Part shown: piece after piece, positions 1 to 12,943 of the stretch | Numbering within the stretch: position 1 is the first letter of the stretch | Layout of the letters: every line of letters begins with the position of its first letter | NCBI RefSeq assembly: GCF_006345805.1 | Contig: NC_043000.1 | Location: 85,932,001 to 85,996,000, forward strand | Direction of reading: 5' to 3' | Length of the DNA: 64,000 nucleotides | Source: Octopus sinensis | Lineage: Eukaryota | The notes under the pieces: generated by a model | Seen by the model: the letters and a program-made list of their open reading frames with translations, nothing else | Told to the model about the DNA's origin: nothing | Database searches by the model: none | Position numbers and translations under genes: made by a program

Positions 1-341
1 AGATGGTTCTGGCTAGCAAGAAAGAAAAGTGGTATGAGGAGGGGGAGAAGAGCTATGGTGATAGAAGAGAGTAAAGTGAGAAGGGGAGTGATTGATTGAG
101 CGATACATACATACATACATATATATATATATATATGTCACACCTGGAACCAAGCCTGAGTTGGATTTATGGTTTATATTGAATTTGGTTCTACATATGT
201 ACATACCTGGAGTATACACAAGATGTTTCATAGTTGTTTTACCTCATTGTGAACTCAATGCTATGGTACATAGCTGGTCTTGGTGTCCTATGTGTTGATG
301 CAACTAGATTCTAATGAACCCTGTAACTAAATAACTAACCA

Positions 342-568
342 ATGTATGTATGTATGTATGTATGTATGTATGTATGTATGTATGTCTGTATGCATGTATG
401 TACGTACGTACGTATGTATGTATGTATGTATGTATGTATGTTATGTATGTATGTATGTATGTATGTATGTATGTATGTATGTATGCATGCATGTATGTAT
501 GTACGTACGTATGTATACATATATAAATAATATATATACATTAAATATATATATGATATATATATATG
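342..568. repeat. (TATG)n microsatellite grading into (TA)n
   Basis: Direct reading; explains the MYVC/HTYI ORFs. Confidence 0.95.
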
Positions 569-591
569 TTGAATATTCATACATACACATT

Positions 592-1005
592 CTTTTATTC
601 GTTTACTTGTTTCTGTCATTTGACTGCACTGCCTGTAGTTGAACAAAGCAACCCCAGGACTTATTCTTTGTAAGCCTAGTACTTATTCTCTCAGTCTCTT
701 TTGCTGAACTGCTAAGTTACAGAGACATAAACATACTAACATTGGTTGTCAAGTGATGGTGGTGATGGTGGGGACAAACACAGACATACAAACATACACA
801 CACACATATCTATCTATCTATCTATATACATATATATATATACATGATGGGCTTCTTTCAGTTTCTGTCTACCAAATCCACTCACAAGGCTTTGGTCAAC
901 CCAAGGCTATAGTAGAAGATACTTGACCAAGATGCCATGCAGTGGGACTGAACCTAGAACCATGTGGTTGTTAAGCAAGCTACTTACTACACAATCACAC
1001 CTACA
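592..1005 (-). mobile_element. tRNA-derived SINE, family A (OR-like), decayed copy
   Basis: Reverse complement aligns by eye with the intact copy at 27019-27427 (ACTTATTCTTTGTAAGCC, CCAAATCCACTCACAAGGC, GGGACTGAACC). Confidence 0.85.
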
Positions 1006-1149
1006 CCTATATATACATGTATACACACTTATATATAACATCTGCCTTGAGTCAACTGGCTCCTGAGGCCTGAATTTGTCTGGATTTTTAAGGTAGTTGA
1101 GCAACTGAGAGTACATGCCCTGGAGGTAATGCTGGTCCATCACAGCATT

Positions 1150-1300
1150 AACTCTCAGCTGCAGCAGGTACTCCTTTTTAGCAGAGTTTGACTGAAGCAA
1201 TGTGAAATGAAGTGTTGTGCTCAAGAAGACAATTATCACCAGGCCCTAGAATCAAACACACAACATAATGATTGTAAGTGCTACACTCTAACTGCTAGGC
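1150..1300 (-). mobile_element. SINE family B fragment (CORE-like domain)
   Basis: AGCAATGTGAAATGAAGTGTTGTGCTCAAGAA block shared with 5235-5280, 20555-20600 and 23765-23810. Confidence 0.6.
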
Positions 1301-1310
1301 TATGTGTCTT

Positions 1311-1420
1311 CACACACACACACACGCACACACACACACACATGCATACACACACGCACACACACGCACGCACACACACACACACATGCACACACACACC
1401 ATGCACACACGCATACACAC
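1311..1420. repeat. (CA)n microsatellite
   Basis: Direct reading. Confidence 0.95.
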
Positions 1421-1603
1421 ATTACAAAATTTTACAGCCAAATTTTGAGTTGCTGCTCAAAGTTGATCCAGATCATGTTTCTTGATATTTCAAATACTGT
1501 TGATTCTAGTGAGAGTTGCCTTTTTACATATCCCATTCCAACTGGGACTACATTGTCAAGAAACACAAACTCTGTGTTATGTTCTCTCTTGAAATCCTTA
1601 ACT

Positions 1604-1826
1604 GGGATTATTTCCATGCTAGATGTGACCATTTCCATGTTAGGTGTGATTACTTTCATGCTAGGCATGGTTATTTCCATGCTAAGTGTAATAATTTTTA
1701 TTCTTGGTGTGATCATTTCTATGCTCGGTATGATTATTTTCATGCTAGGTATAATTATTTCTATGTGATCATTTCCATGCTAGGTACAATCATTTCCATG
1801 CTGGATGTAATTATTTCCATGCTAGG
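1604..1826. repeat. 21-bp minisatellite (ATTTCCATGCTAGGTGTGATC consensus), about 10 copies
   Basis: ATTTCCATGCTAG recurs every 21 bp. Confidence 0.9.
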
Positions 1827-2266
1827 CAACAGGATCTTGCAATTTGTGCTATTTATTTTCATGTTTCATTTTTTGATGGATATTTTCAGTTTGTCAATGA
1901 CAAAAGACGTTCAGGTTGTGTTGTCAGTATCTTAACAAGCATGGTGTACAAATATCTTACAAATATGGACTCTAAAACCTGAAGATTACAAATATGAACT
2001 TTAAAATATGAAGATGACAGACCTGGGCTAGAATTTATTTGAAATATGGTGTTTCTATATTCAGAGTATTATTACAAGACAAGGCATAGAAATAGTCCCA
2101 TAAGAAAAGTTATTCATATGGCAGATACCATTACCAAAGTAACAAAAAGAAGTAAGTTGAGCTGTAATAAGAAAGCCACATTCTCAGATTTGTGAAGTTA
2201 CAGGGTTACTGTTAGCAATAGTGGTGGGCAGAATCTGATAAAAGAATTTGGTTCTGAATATTGCAG

Positions 2267-2346
2267 AGAGAGTGAAGATCTGGAGAGTGAAGATCTGGAG
2301 AGTGAAGATCTGGAGAGTGAAGATCTGGAGAGTGAAGATCTAGAGA
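2267..2346. repeat. 15-bp tandem repeat (GAGAGTGAAGATCTG) x5
   Basis: Near-perfect copies read directly. Confidence 0.95.
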
Positions 2347-2589
2347 GGTAGCTAAAGTAAAGAAGTATTAAAAATCTAACTGGAAATGAATGATACATTG
2401 AGGGTTCACACAGATACTGCATCACTGCTATTTTTATCTTTCCTCTTCTCTACCCAACTCATCCACAACCTCTCTTCTACAATACAGGTAGCTATGTAGG
2501 CCCTCTACAATAAGAAACATTTTCTGCTCTGGCCTTTTCTCTCATACTTTAACCCTTCATCTCCTCACATAAGGTTACTCCTCTCAGGC

Positions 2590-2815
2590 TTCTTAGACTT
2601 GTAAGTTGCATGGCAACTTAAATACTACTAGTAGCATGAAAAAAGCACCCAGTACTCATTGTAAAATGATTGGCATCAGGAAGGGCATCCAACCATAGAA
2701 ATTATGTTAGAGTAGATAGTGGAGCATGACGCAGTCCTTGGACCTGTTGGATCACGTCAAACCATACAACTCTTGACAGTGTGAAACAAAGATGTTAAAT
2801 GATAAAATGAGGATG
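2590..2815 (+). mobile_element. RTE-type LINE 3' UTR fragment
   Basis: AAAAAGCACCC...TTGGCATCAGGAAGGGCATCC...GATGTTAAATGAT matches 13830-14000 and the reverse complement of 26353-26530. Confidence 0.7.
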
Positions 2816-4049
2816 ATACTGATGTTATAACTTCTGCAGGTTTAGCCATGCTATTGAAAGACATTAAACCATAGATCAAATCTTTGATTTGGTCTCTTTG
2901 TAGGTAGAAAAAGTGAAATTGTATGACTAATTTCTAGTCTTCCTAGACCTTTATCAGGGAAAGAATGGCTGTCTTGAGTGTCACACACATTGAATGAATT
3001 AGTATATAACTCTATAACAAGTACACTGGGATACATTGATATTACAAACAGTACAATATTACTGCATTTTAAAGAATATTAGTTGTATAAGATAATTTTT
3101 GATATTTTTCTCGATTCAATGTGATGAAATGATGAAAAAACAAATATCATCTCATTTTATTATTATTATAAGTGACATTTAGGCAAATGGTACAAACAGA
3201 GGAATTGACAAGACTTCAAGGTGACATTTAATCAAATGTAACAATAAAACAATTGAAGAAATATATGTTTATGAAAAAACTTCCTTCATTTGATAAACAT
3301 GTGGTAGTGTCATAATGATATCATAGTGATATCATGGTTAATCATGGTGATATCATGGTAGTGTTGTGGTGACATCACGATACTTTAGTATTAAAATACC
3401 TGAATATTTTTCATCAATTACTTATGAACCAACTTGCACATGTGTGTACGTAAATGCATGTGTGTATGAAAGTCTGTCTGTTTGTATGTATGGTTATATG
3501 TGTGTATGTATGTATGTATGTATGTATGTATGTATGTATGTATGTATGCATGTATGTATGAATGTATGCATGTTTACATGCATGTATATATGTATGTTTA
3601 TGTATATGTATGCATGCATGCACGATTGCACACACACATATATACTAGAAGAACATTATGAATGACAATTTAGAATTATTTAAAAATTCTTTCCAGTTTT
3701 TATTGACTGTCACTCAAACATCTGTGATTTGGGGGTGGGTGGGTGAAAAGATGTTTGTTCATTTCTATTCAATGATCAGCAAAAGACAAACCTCTTTTAA
3801 GGTACTAATTTAACCCTGAAAAAATTGAACAATGAGCTAATTCCACACTTTGCCAATTTTATAGAGTTGCTCCTGCATGCAGCAGTACCACTGTGTCAAA
3901 GCATATGAAAAGTGAGGCAGACATGATTGCAGGTAATTAATTGTAATGGTGCAGGTAGGGCACAGTTATACAGAGTGTGATAGAAAAACCTGTCATATTT
4001 TATGTGGCCATTGGTGTAATAGTACTAAAGTTAGGCATATGGTAATAGT

Positions 4050-4580
4050 GTCTTCATGCAGCTAATGTTTTATCATTTTTCTTCAGTTACCATCAAGTTT
4101 AGACAGGTGCACATGCTTGCTATTAAAACGTTTATCAAGAATGGTAATCTGGGAGGTTTATTTTTTTGTTGCATTTTGTATAAGAATATAAACTTGTCAC
4201 TTTTGACTGATAGCAAGCTTTTAGACAAAGTTTCCTGTCAGAAGATAACACAATACCCTGATGTGCTGCTTCCTACAACAGGAACTTATAAATTGTGATT
4301 TCTTCCTTCCCTTCTCCTCACCAGTTTTGGAAACTTTGAGAAAAAAAAAAGGTCATCTTTCTTCTCTATGACATATAGGGTACAACTGAAAAATCTCCCC
4401 TGTTTTACATGACTGTTGATGTGCCAGTTAATAAAGTTAGAAAGATAATAATGCTATCTTCATGTAGCTAATCTTTTATTGTTTTTTTTTTTTCAGTTGC
4501 CATCATGTTTTGAAATCAATGCATACTGAGTGTTTGATGCTGAAACATTTGTCGGACTGTAAAATGTGAGAGTTTTTTTG
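4050..4580 (+). repeat. Diverged direct duplication (4050-4165 vs 4456-4580), possibly within a DNA-transposon remnant
   Basis: TCTTCATGYAGCTAAT...TTCAGTTRCCATCA occurs twice, about 405 bp apart. Confidence 0.5.
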
Positions 4581-4952
4581 CTGGACTAAATGAAAAATGC
4601 TTGAAACATCCACACTCTACTGTTTATGAGAATATTTAGATTTTAGAAGTTATTGAGGAATTATTGAAAGAAATATAAGATAATGTTGCAAGAACTCATT
4701 GGATTGGATAACCCAATCTTCTGAGTTTTTATTAGCACCATATTTTTGATTAATATTATTTCTCATTGCATAAAAGAAATCATTATTTCTCATTATATTC
4801 AGTTATTTATTTAATCTATATCTAGGAGGTCCTGTGTAGAGCCTTGGGAGCTGCCTTCCCTTCTGACTGAAAGATTAAAAAAAAAACTTTTCTAAAAGTA
4901 TACAAGAATTGAAATTTTAATGAAGGAGTTGAAATAAAAGGGACCAAAGAAG

Positions 4953-5460
4953 TATATGGCTATGCCAACATACTGTTACTGCAAAAATGGCTATAACAAA
5001 GTACTAAACTGTAATATATGACTATGAAACAATACTGTTACTGTAATATATGGTTATAACAAAATGTTATTACTACAAAAATACACACACTCACACACAC
5101 ACATACACACACACACATATATATAAAGAATCAATGGTCTTGTTTGAGCCCTAGGTTCATAAGGCTGGAGTACATATTCCACCCACTGGATGGGATGCTG
5201 GTTCATTCAGGGATTACTAATTTTTGTCAGCAGAGTGAATTGGAGCAACATGAAATGAAGTGTTTTGCTCAAGAACACAATAAATTGCCTGGTCTAGGAG
5301 TCAAAACTAAAATCTCACAATCATGAGTATAACACCCTAACCACTATATCACATGCCACTACACTGCAATATATGGCTATAACAAAATACTTTACTGTAA
5401 TAATTGACTATGATAAAATACTGTTACTGCAGTATATGGCTATAATAAAATATTGCAATA
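4953..5460. repeat. ~30-bp minisatellite (ATATGGCTATAACAAAATACTGTTACTGCA) split by a (CA)n tract and a SINE B copy
   Basis: Units at 4953-5080 resume at 5362-5460. Confidence 0.8.
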
Positions 5461-7254
5461 GTAAATTCCCACTTCATATTATACCACAGAAGTGATAGGG
5501 AGGAATATCATATTTTATAGACAGTAAAATATTTAAAATAAATGATTCTTAAACCCAAAGGTCCCTGAGAGCAACAGGTAGCTCTAATCTCATAGTATAA
5601 AGCAAACAAATAATAAACACCCACTGATAGGTTTCCAGTCTATTATAGTTAATATTCTGAGATGATTTGGTGTCTCTTCTAGGAAACTTGATGAAAAGAG
5701 GTAATGTAAAATAAAGTCTTGAATCTAGAAACAAAAGAAAGATAGTAGCAACACGTTTTAACTCAAGAATCATGAGAAAGTTGTTCAATATCCTCTCACA
5801 TTTGTATTTTGACTTGATATTATAATATACAGGAAAACAAACAAATATGTGAATGTGTACAGATAATACAATTATATGGTTGTTGACGGACACTAAGAGA
5901 TAGTAAAAAAAAATTTTTAATAATGATTGTAAGATGAAAAGAAATGATATGTGTATAATTTGATAAAATAAAGTAGAAGGATGGTGTAATATTTGACAAA
6001 CTACAGGAAATGTTTTGGAATTGGAGCCATCACATGTTTATTTATAAGTCAGAAGACTTGATGGTTAAACCAAGAAGGGAGTGTCTATATAATGGCTTAA
6101 CTTGATAGAAATATCCAGCAAACAACCTTAAATAATACTCTACTATTTAAAAAAAATCAACATATCTAGCACTACATTGAATAATGTAGTATGATAATGT
6201 CTGAAGGAAAAAGACAAGCTGGTCATGACTGGGTGACTTGTATAATAATAGGCCTGCTCAGTCAGTTGTAAAAATAAAATGAGAACAGAATAAGATACAG
6301 TTTATGTTATAGAGTTAATGATAATAATAAAGGATGCGATAGGTGAAGGGAAGATATTTTTGAGGCCAAATTCTATGATATCAGTATGGAAAAAATGGTG
6401 ATTAATTGAAGGATTGCAGCTATCAATTTTAGTAGTTATATTCAAAACTATGCTAAACTTCAAACAAAGCAATATATATTTTTATCTTTGTTTTATATCA
6501 ATTTATCTAGGATAGCATAAAGAATATGGATTTTGTTGGCACAATTGTTTTTAAAACCACATTCTTTCTTTCTACTATTAACTATCATAAAAAAAGAGAA
6601 AAATATTAGAAAGCTTTAATATTTTCTGAAAATTATAAATTTCTAGAAAATTCTAACATTTCTATTTTAAAAAGAGAAAGATCAAATGATAACTTTGAAG
6701 TACACTGTTTTATAATCCAATTAATTTTATGATAATTTCATAGCTACAGCTGATGAAATGAAAGAGAGAGGGAAAGAGAGAAAGAGAGAAAGAGAGAAAA
6801 AGGAGTTTTAAAGCTGTTTTTTTTTTCACTTATAATGTAATACATTTGCCATTTTTTATTGATGTTGTGACAGTAGCCTGTGTGAATTTTAAGCCATATC
6901 TCTGTAATAGTTTGACAGCTTATCTCTTTTGTTTGAGAGTGTAACATCACTGCCAAGTTGGGATTTAGTGACATAAAATTATTGTGATCTATATAACGTT
7001 TTCGTGTGTTTGTATAACATTTATGCTTTTTTTTGTTTGAATATTTCCTAATACTTGTCTCTGTCTCTCTTTCCAGTCCCACCTTTTTTACTTGTACTCT
7101 CTCTTTTATAATGCTAGGAGCCATATATTTTCTCTATATTAAGAAACCTGTTCTCTTCTGGTCTCTTCTCTCTTACTCTTGATTCCTCCTTGCCTAGTGT
7201 AAAACTGCCTTCTTCTCTACAGTGGCACCATTCAATGAAAGTCAAGTAAAGCTG

Positions 7255-7460
7255 TACAGTGACTTCACTAGTGCTGGTGTCATGAGAAAAAAAAAAAAAG
7301 CACCCAGTGCACTCTGTAAAGTGATTGACACTTGGCAGCACATCCAGTTCTAGAAACCATGACAAAGCAGACACTGGAACATGACACAGTCCTATCATTT
7401 AACTCATGTTACTATGGAAGATAGATGTTAAAAGATGATCATGATGATGATGGTGATGAC
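7255..7460 (+). mobile_element. RTE-type LINE 3' UTR fragment with (GAT)n tail
   Basis: Same motif order as 13830-14000; ends GATGTTAAAAGATGATCATGATGATG. Confidence 0.7.
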
Positions 7461-8107
7461 TTGAAGGTAAAACAAAGTATTAACAGAAATGTGGTATATA
7501 ATTGAAGTGATTAAATTTTAAAATAAAAAAAAAAAAAACTAATCACACATGAGTTTAATGAAAGATTATGTAATAACTGAAAAACGAAAATAAGTTATTT
7601 GTGAAAGTTTTGTTACATTCTGTCATGACTAATGACAGAATGAAGAAGTAAAAAGAAGCTTAAAATCTTAGTTCCAATAAATACATTTAATTACTATCAT
7701 AGGACATTCTCCCATAAATCAAATGAGAAGAATAATTTCATGGAGACCATTTCTGATTGATTAGACTAATTAAACAAATGTCTATGAAAAGATCTTGAAA
7801 CAAAAATGAGTTTATCGAGAAGTGATGAGAAATTATGAAATTTCCTTTGGAACTGCTGAAACTTTCTTTGAGTATTTTAGAGCCAAGATAAATGTAAAAT
7901 GTAATTCTGATGGCTGTTCAATACCAAAACAGGTGAAAATGTCATCAAATGCTCATGAAACTAATCAGTTGTAGAAATTAATAAAAAAAGAGAAAAGAGC
8001 AAATGGAGATAACTCAGATGGGCCTGTGGAATGAATCTTGATAAATAGTGAGGCACTGAATGGTGTACATAAAAAATATATTTCATAATTTATTAAAGTC
8101 TATACTT

Positions 8108-8315
8108 AGAGCAAGTAAATATAGACCCAGTGGCAGTTGTTGGAGGCTTTCAGAGATAAGGAGAGATAATTTACCTCTTGGAGTAAATAAATATAAACCT
8201 AGTGGTAGTTTTTGGAGGTAATCAAAGATATGGAGAAATAATTTACCCCTAGGAGTAAGTCAATATAAACTTAGTGGCAGTTAGGGGTTATCAAAATGAA
8301 GGGGAGAAAATTTCA
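8108..8315. repeat. ~72-bp tandem repeat x3, diverged
   Basis: GAGTAA..AATATAAACCTAGTGGCAGTT...GGAGAAATAATTTACC units start near 8109, 8180 and 8252. Confidence 0.75.
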
Positions 8316-9838
8316 AGAAATTTAGAACTAATCTCTCAAAGTTAATTTACATGCTTAGGGAAAAGTTTTAGCTTTGTTTACAGGCAAGAGGTAGGGGCCA
8401 TCTCTCTATATATTTCTGTCAACATCAGCAGAGGTAATAGCTCCCTCAGTTTGTTTCCCTATTCTAATTTGCATAAATAAAAATTAAAATGAGTTATGGG
8501 AAATAACTGAAATGAACCAATGACATGAATTTGGATCAATAAGTTATGGGTTAATGCATTGAATGTTGTATGGCAATAAATCCTTAATTAAAATTACTTT
8601 TTTGGTTGAAGAAATAAGACAAAAATCTAGCAGTAATTGTTACTGACTATCAAAGGAAACCATCAAGGAATCTGAAGCCTCACCGATGTATTGTTGATAG
8701 GTACAAGCATGGATAGGCACTGGTGTGGCTATGTGTTTAAGAAGCTTGCTTCCCAACTATATGCACTCAGGTTCACATGCACTATGCAGTAGTATGGGCA
8801 AGTGTCTTTTACAATAGCCCTAGGATGACCAAAGCCTTCTGAGTGGATTTGGAAGATGGAAATTGAAAGAAGCATGTCTTCATATATATATGGCCAGATT
8901 GGAGCAATCTCAAGAATAATCAGCCGAAATTGCGAGGATAATCTGGTGCTTGGCTGAGGAAAGAAAACTTTGAATGACCTGTCCTTGTTTTCTTTGTATC
9001 ATCTATCTAGATGTTTTGTTGTCCCTTTTTGTATCACCTAGCTGTCCAGATGTTTTGTGTTCTTGTCCCATTTTGTGTTTTATATATATATAATGTATAT
9101 GTGTGTGTGTAACCTTGTCATGTGATGGTTGTAAACAAGCATCACCATCATACAAAGATGTTACTGAAGTCTTATTGATAGTGTTGATATTACTGACATA
9201 CAAATGTTACCTGAAAAGTAAATGGGAATCTGAAAAGAACTTCTTAAGCATGCAGGTATGGTTGTGTGGTAAAGAAGTTTGCTTCCAAACTACATGGTTT
9301 TGGGTTCAGTTCCAAAAGTGGAACCTTGGGAAGGTGTCATCTGAGACAAACCAAAGCCTTGGGAGTGGATCTGGTAGACAGAAATTAAAACAAGGCGATT
9401 GTATATGTAACCAATCATATATATACACATACATATATTTCAAATCATACACATAAAGCTATAAATAATGGTATGTAAATACTGGGTTTAAAAACCCTTT
9501 AGGATAGAAAAGACAAAGGCTACCTGTGTGACAACCCACATTACTTGTAGACATGACAGGTGTTCTACCATTGTACCAAAGCAATCCTGCAAATTTCTCT
9601 ATCCATTTTAGAAACCTTATTCTTATCAGGAAGAATTGTATTTTGTTGACATCATAGGAATTTTATAAACTTGCAAGAAAATGTGAACTAATTTATTTTG
9701 GAATATCTCAAAGTGCCCACATAAAGCCAGAAATAATAGCATGTAAACGCTGGGTTGGAAAACTCATTTTTGACAGAAAAAGACGAAAGCTACCCATATG
9801 TATATATGTGTGTATGTGTATATGTATATGCAAGTGTG

Positions 9839-11673
9839 TGTATGTGGAAGGTGCTCAAAAGTAATGAACACTAATGACATACAGGAGATAGATTTTCTCA
9901 AATGCCCAGAAGGTTCCTAGAAGTAGCAATAGTTTCTGTTACCTAGGTGATCTAATTAGCAGTAGAGGGGGATGCTCTGAAAGTATAGTTGCCAGGTGAC
10001 AATAAGAGGGAAAATTTCAGAGAACTATTATCTCTGTTGGCAACAAAATGACTCTCTTCGAGAGTGGAAGGCAGAATGCATGATACTTGTGTACAAACAT
10101 GATAGAAGGTAGCAAATTGTGGACTGTGAATACAGAGGATGTATAAAGGTTGGAAATTACTGAGGCTAACATACCCCCAAAAATTAGGCATAATAGGAAT
10201 CAGATGTAGTGTGCAAGAGAGACGGCTGCACTGGTATGATTATGTAGTGCTTATGGATGAGACAGCTGCATAAAGAAGTGCTACTCACTAAATATGGATG
10301 GAGCCTGTGGAAGACTCAAGAAGACATCGCAGGAAGTAGTGAAGAATAACCTCTGGATGTTAAGCCTATATGACTTGACATTGCATGATAGTTACAAACA
10401 AGAGTCACCAGCATGCAAACGACACCAGTATGGTGTCCTTTGTTTCTGAACTTTCATGTAAACATGTCTGGTTGTGGGTAAATATTACCTTACTTGGAAA
10501 TAGGTGAAGTTTGGTGACAGGAAGGGCATCCAGCCTATGAAATTCTGCCTCATAAAATTCGTCCATTATCATCATATAACATCCATTTTCTTGCTGGTAT
10601 GGGTTGGATGGCATGAAAGGAGCTGGTGAGTCAGAGGACTGCACCAAACTCCAATTCCTGCTTTGGTATGGTTTCTATAGCTGAATGCCCTTGCTAATAC
10701 CAACCACTTAGATAATGTACTGAGTGCTTTTTATATGGCACCTGCACTAGTAAAGTCATGAAATAACTTGCAAGGCAAGACTCACCTCTTCAACTGTGGA
10801 GGGAGTAGTATTGGGGGAGTTGGTTTTATGCCAGGTGATGAGAGATTAAAGTATGATAGAAAGACAAGGACAGGTGTCTTGCTATGGAGAAATATAAGGT
10901 TACTCACTGGGAAAAGAAAAATGATAGTGAAAATGTGTCAAGTCATAGATGAAAAATAAGATGGTATGGGATGATACTGAGAATGCATGATAAAGAGGTG
11001 GTTCCAAGGAAGAAGGACAATGGGTGCAGGAGACATATATAAGTGATATGCTTTTAGGTCCTAATTTTTTGTTTAGATGGATGGGTATTCTTCTCAAGTA
11101 CAGTAAATTGTCAACCATCATGGTCTTTTGTCCTCTCTTTCATGAGGCTTAACATCCAGAGGTTATTCTTCACTACTTCCTGCGATGTCTTCTTGAGTCT
11201 TCCACAGGCTCCATCCATATTTAGTGAGTAGCACTTCTTTATGCAGCTGTCTCATCCATAAGCACTACATAATCATACCAGTGCAGCCGTCTCTCTTGCA
11301 CACTACATCTGATTCCTATTATGCCTAATTTTTGGGGGTATGTTAGCCTCAGTAATTTCCAACCTTTATACATCCTCTGTATTCACAGTCCACATTTTGC
11401 TACCTTCTATCATGTTTGTACACAAGTATCATGCATTCTGCCTTCCACTCTCGAAGAGAGTCATTTTGTTGCCAACAGAGATAATAGTTCTCTGAAATTT
11501 TCCCTCTTATTGTCACCTGGCAACTATACTTTCAGAGCACCCCCCTCTACTGCTAATTAGATCACCTAGGTAACAGAAACTATTGCTACTTCTAGGAACC
11601 TTCTGGGCATTTGAGAAAATCTATCTCCTGTATGTCATTAGTGTTCATTGCTTTTGAGCACCTTCCACATACA
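9839..11673. repeat. Inverted duplication: 529-bp arms (9839-10367 and 11145-11673) around a 777-bp spacer
   Basis: Arms are reverse complements with about 3 mismatches seen by eye; ORFs 9952-10191(-) and 11321-11560(+) differ at 2 aa. Confidence 0.95.
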
Positions 11674-12015
11674 AACATTACTTTCTTCATTAACCTTCCT
11701 ATAATACCATGATACATGTTCATAGTTTGCATTGAGTACACTGTATGGAATTCCTACCTACACTTTTCCTACATATCAAACAAGGGGAGTGGGGTCTATC
11801 TTTTCCTGCTTAGTAGAATTTTGGACTTTGTTAAGTTAACTTTAAGGCTCTTTGATTCTAGATTTTGCTTCCACACTAGGAATTTCTTTTCTAATTCTAT
11901 GACTGATTCTGTTATCAGAATGAAGTCTTCAGCATATAGTAGTTTTCAAGGGCAGCTAGTCTTAAATTCCTGTTATGGATTTGAGGACAATGATGAACAG
12001 AAGGGAATGAGGATG
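10565..12015 (-). mobile_element. Decayed RTE-clade LINE (RT C-terminal half plus 3' UTR)
   Basis: Minus-strand pieces read LLYAEDFILITESVIELEKKF..WKQNLESKSLKVNLTKSK, SFCYLGDLIS and ERRLHWYDYV; family 3' UTR follows. Confidence 0.8.
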
Positions 12016-12235
12016 GTTTAGCTCCAGGTTAGCCTTCATCAAGTTGATCTATGGTTGAAGGTGTTCTAACTATGACTATCCTATGTTTTTTCAATTGTTG
12101 TCTATCTAAGACATTATTAAATACATCTGTTTTATTTAAGATAGTAGGATGTTATATGAGAAATATTTGGTTGTTGTTTCTAAATCTTCCATAGTAAAAA
12201 AGAATGAAGAATTTAATGTTTGGTATTACACTTAC

Positions 12236-12315
12236 CTGATTGTTTATTAACAACTGATTCTCTTTCCAAGAGTCTGTAGTAACCACAATTTCTTCCTCTT
12301 CTTTCAGATCATTAC
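12236..12315 (-). CDS. Putative coding exon (GNDLKEEEEIVVTTDSWKENQLLINNQ), phase 1 to 0
   Basis: ttcag acceptor, CAG|gtaagt donor, 80 nt open; phase fits exon 15775-15877. Confidence 0.6.
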
Positions 12316-12686
12316 CTGAATAATTTTTGAATTTAAGCATAAGATAAAATGAAATAGATATAAAACTATACTACAAATTTCGTTTTAGGATTTGGTTTGC
12401 AAGAGTTAAATAATTTCTGCGACCATGTCACCCTGAAAATCTGGCCACCTAACTTCTGATACTGCAACCCCCTTGATTATTATGTGTAGGGTGCAGTTGA
12501 GAGACCAACAAAACCCTTTGTAACACCAAAGATGAAGAGAGTATCAGAAAAAATACCAGGGTGCATTCTGTCTGATACACTAATGACTGTTAGTATTTAT
12601 CTTTTACCTATTTTAGTCATGGAGCTTAACCCATGCTGTAGTACTGCCTTGAAGGATTTAGTCAAACAAATCAACCACAGAACTTA

Positions 12687-12943
12687 CAGTCATGGCCAAA
12701 AGTTTGGAACATAGGTCTAAAAATTAGAATTTTTATATTAAATGTCCAAAGTTATATTAAAAGTAAGCAATTTGGTCTAGAGCTATATTTTTGATTTTGC
12801 CTATATTTCTTCTAAATTTGAACCATTAGATCAGTTATTAGGTAAGTATATCTCTATGTTGTATATATATATTTGAATCAAATTGTATTTGGGATAACAA
12901 TTTTAATTTTTTAAAAAATGTTCCAAACTTTTGGCTACAACTG
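12687..12943. mobile_element. Tc1-like MITE (257 bp) nested in a SINE A remnant
   Basis: TIRs CAGTCATGGCCAAAAGTTTGGAACA / TGTTCCAAACTTTTGGCTACAACTG, TA on both flanks. Confidence 0.9.

Noticed and set aside
304-646. ORFs of [12 protein letters not shown] repeats here and at 3366, 18484, 19459, 35431, 41474, 47383, 51114 and 52621
   Set aside because: Translations of (TATG)n, (CA)n and (TA)n microsatellites that lack stop codons; not genes
2267-2346. 15-bp repeat as a coding repeat (SRSSL) or CRISPR-like array
   Set aside because: No spacers, no cas genes, eukaryotic context, and no splice support
6744-7124. 126-aa minus-strand ORF containing KEISCQT (second LC8-like motif) as a further exon
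   Set aside because: Acceptors lack polypyrimidine tracts and phase fit needs an extra weak exon; cannot be supported without RNA data
9523-9586. AG/GT-bounded 63-nt open segment on the minus strand
   Set aside because: Lies in a locally duplicated repeat-like segment (9480-9530 vs 9748-9800); no protein-like signal
9952-11560. Twin 79-aa ORFs as a duplicated small gene
   Set aside because: They are antisense readings of decayed RTE sequence in the inverted duplication
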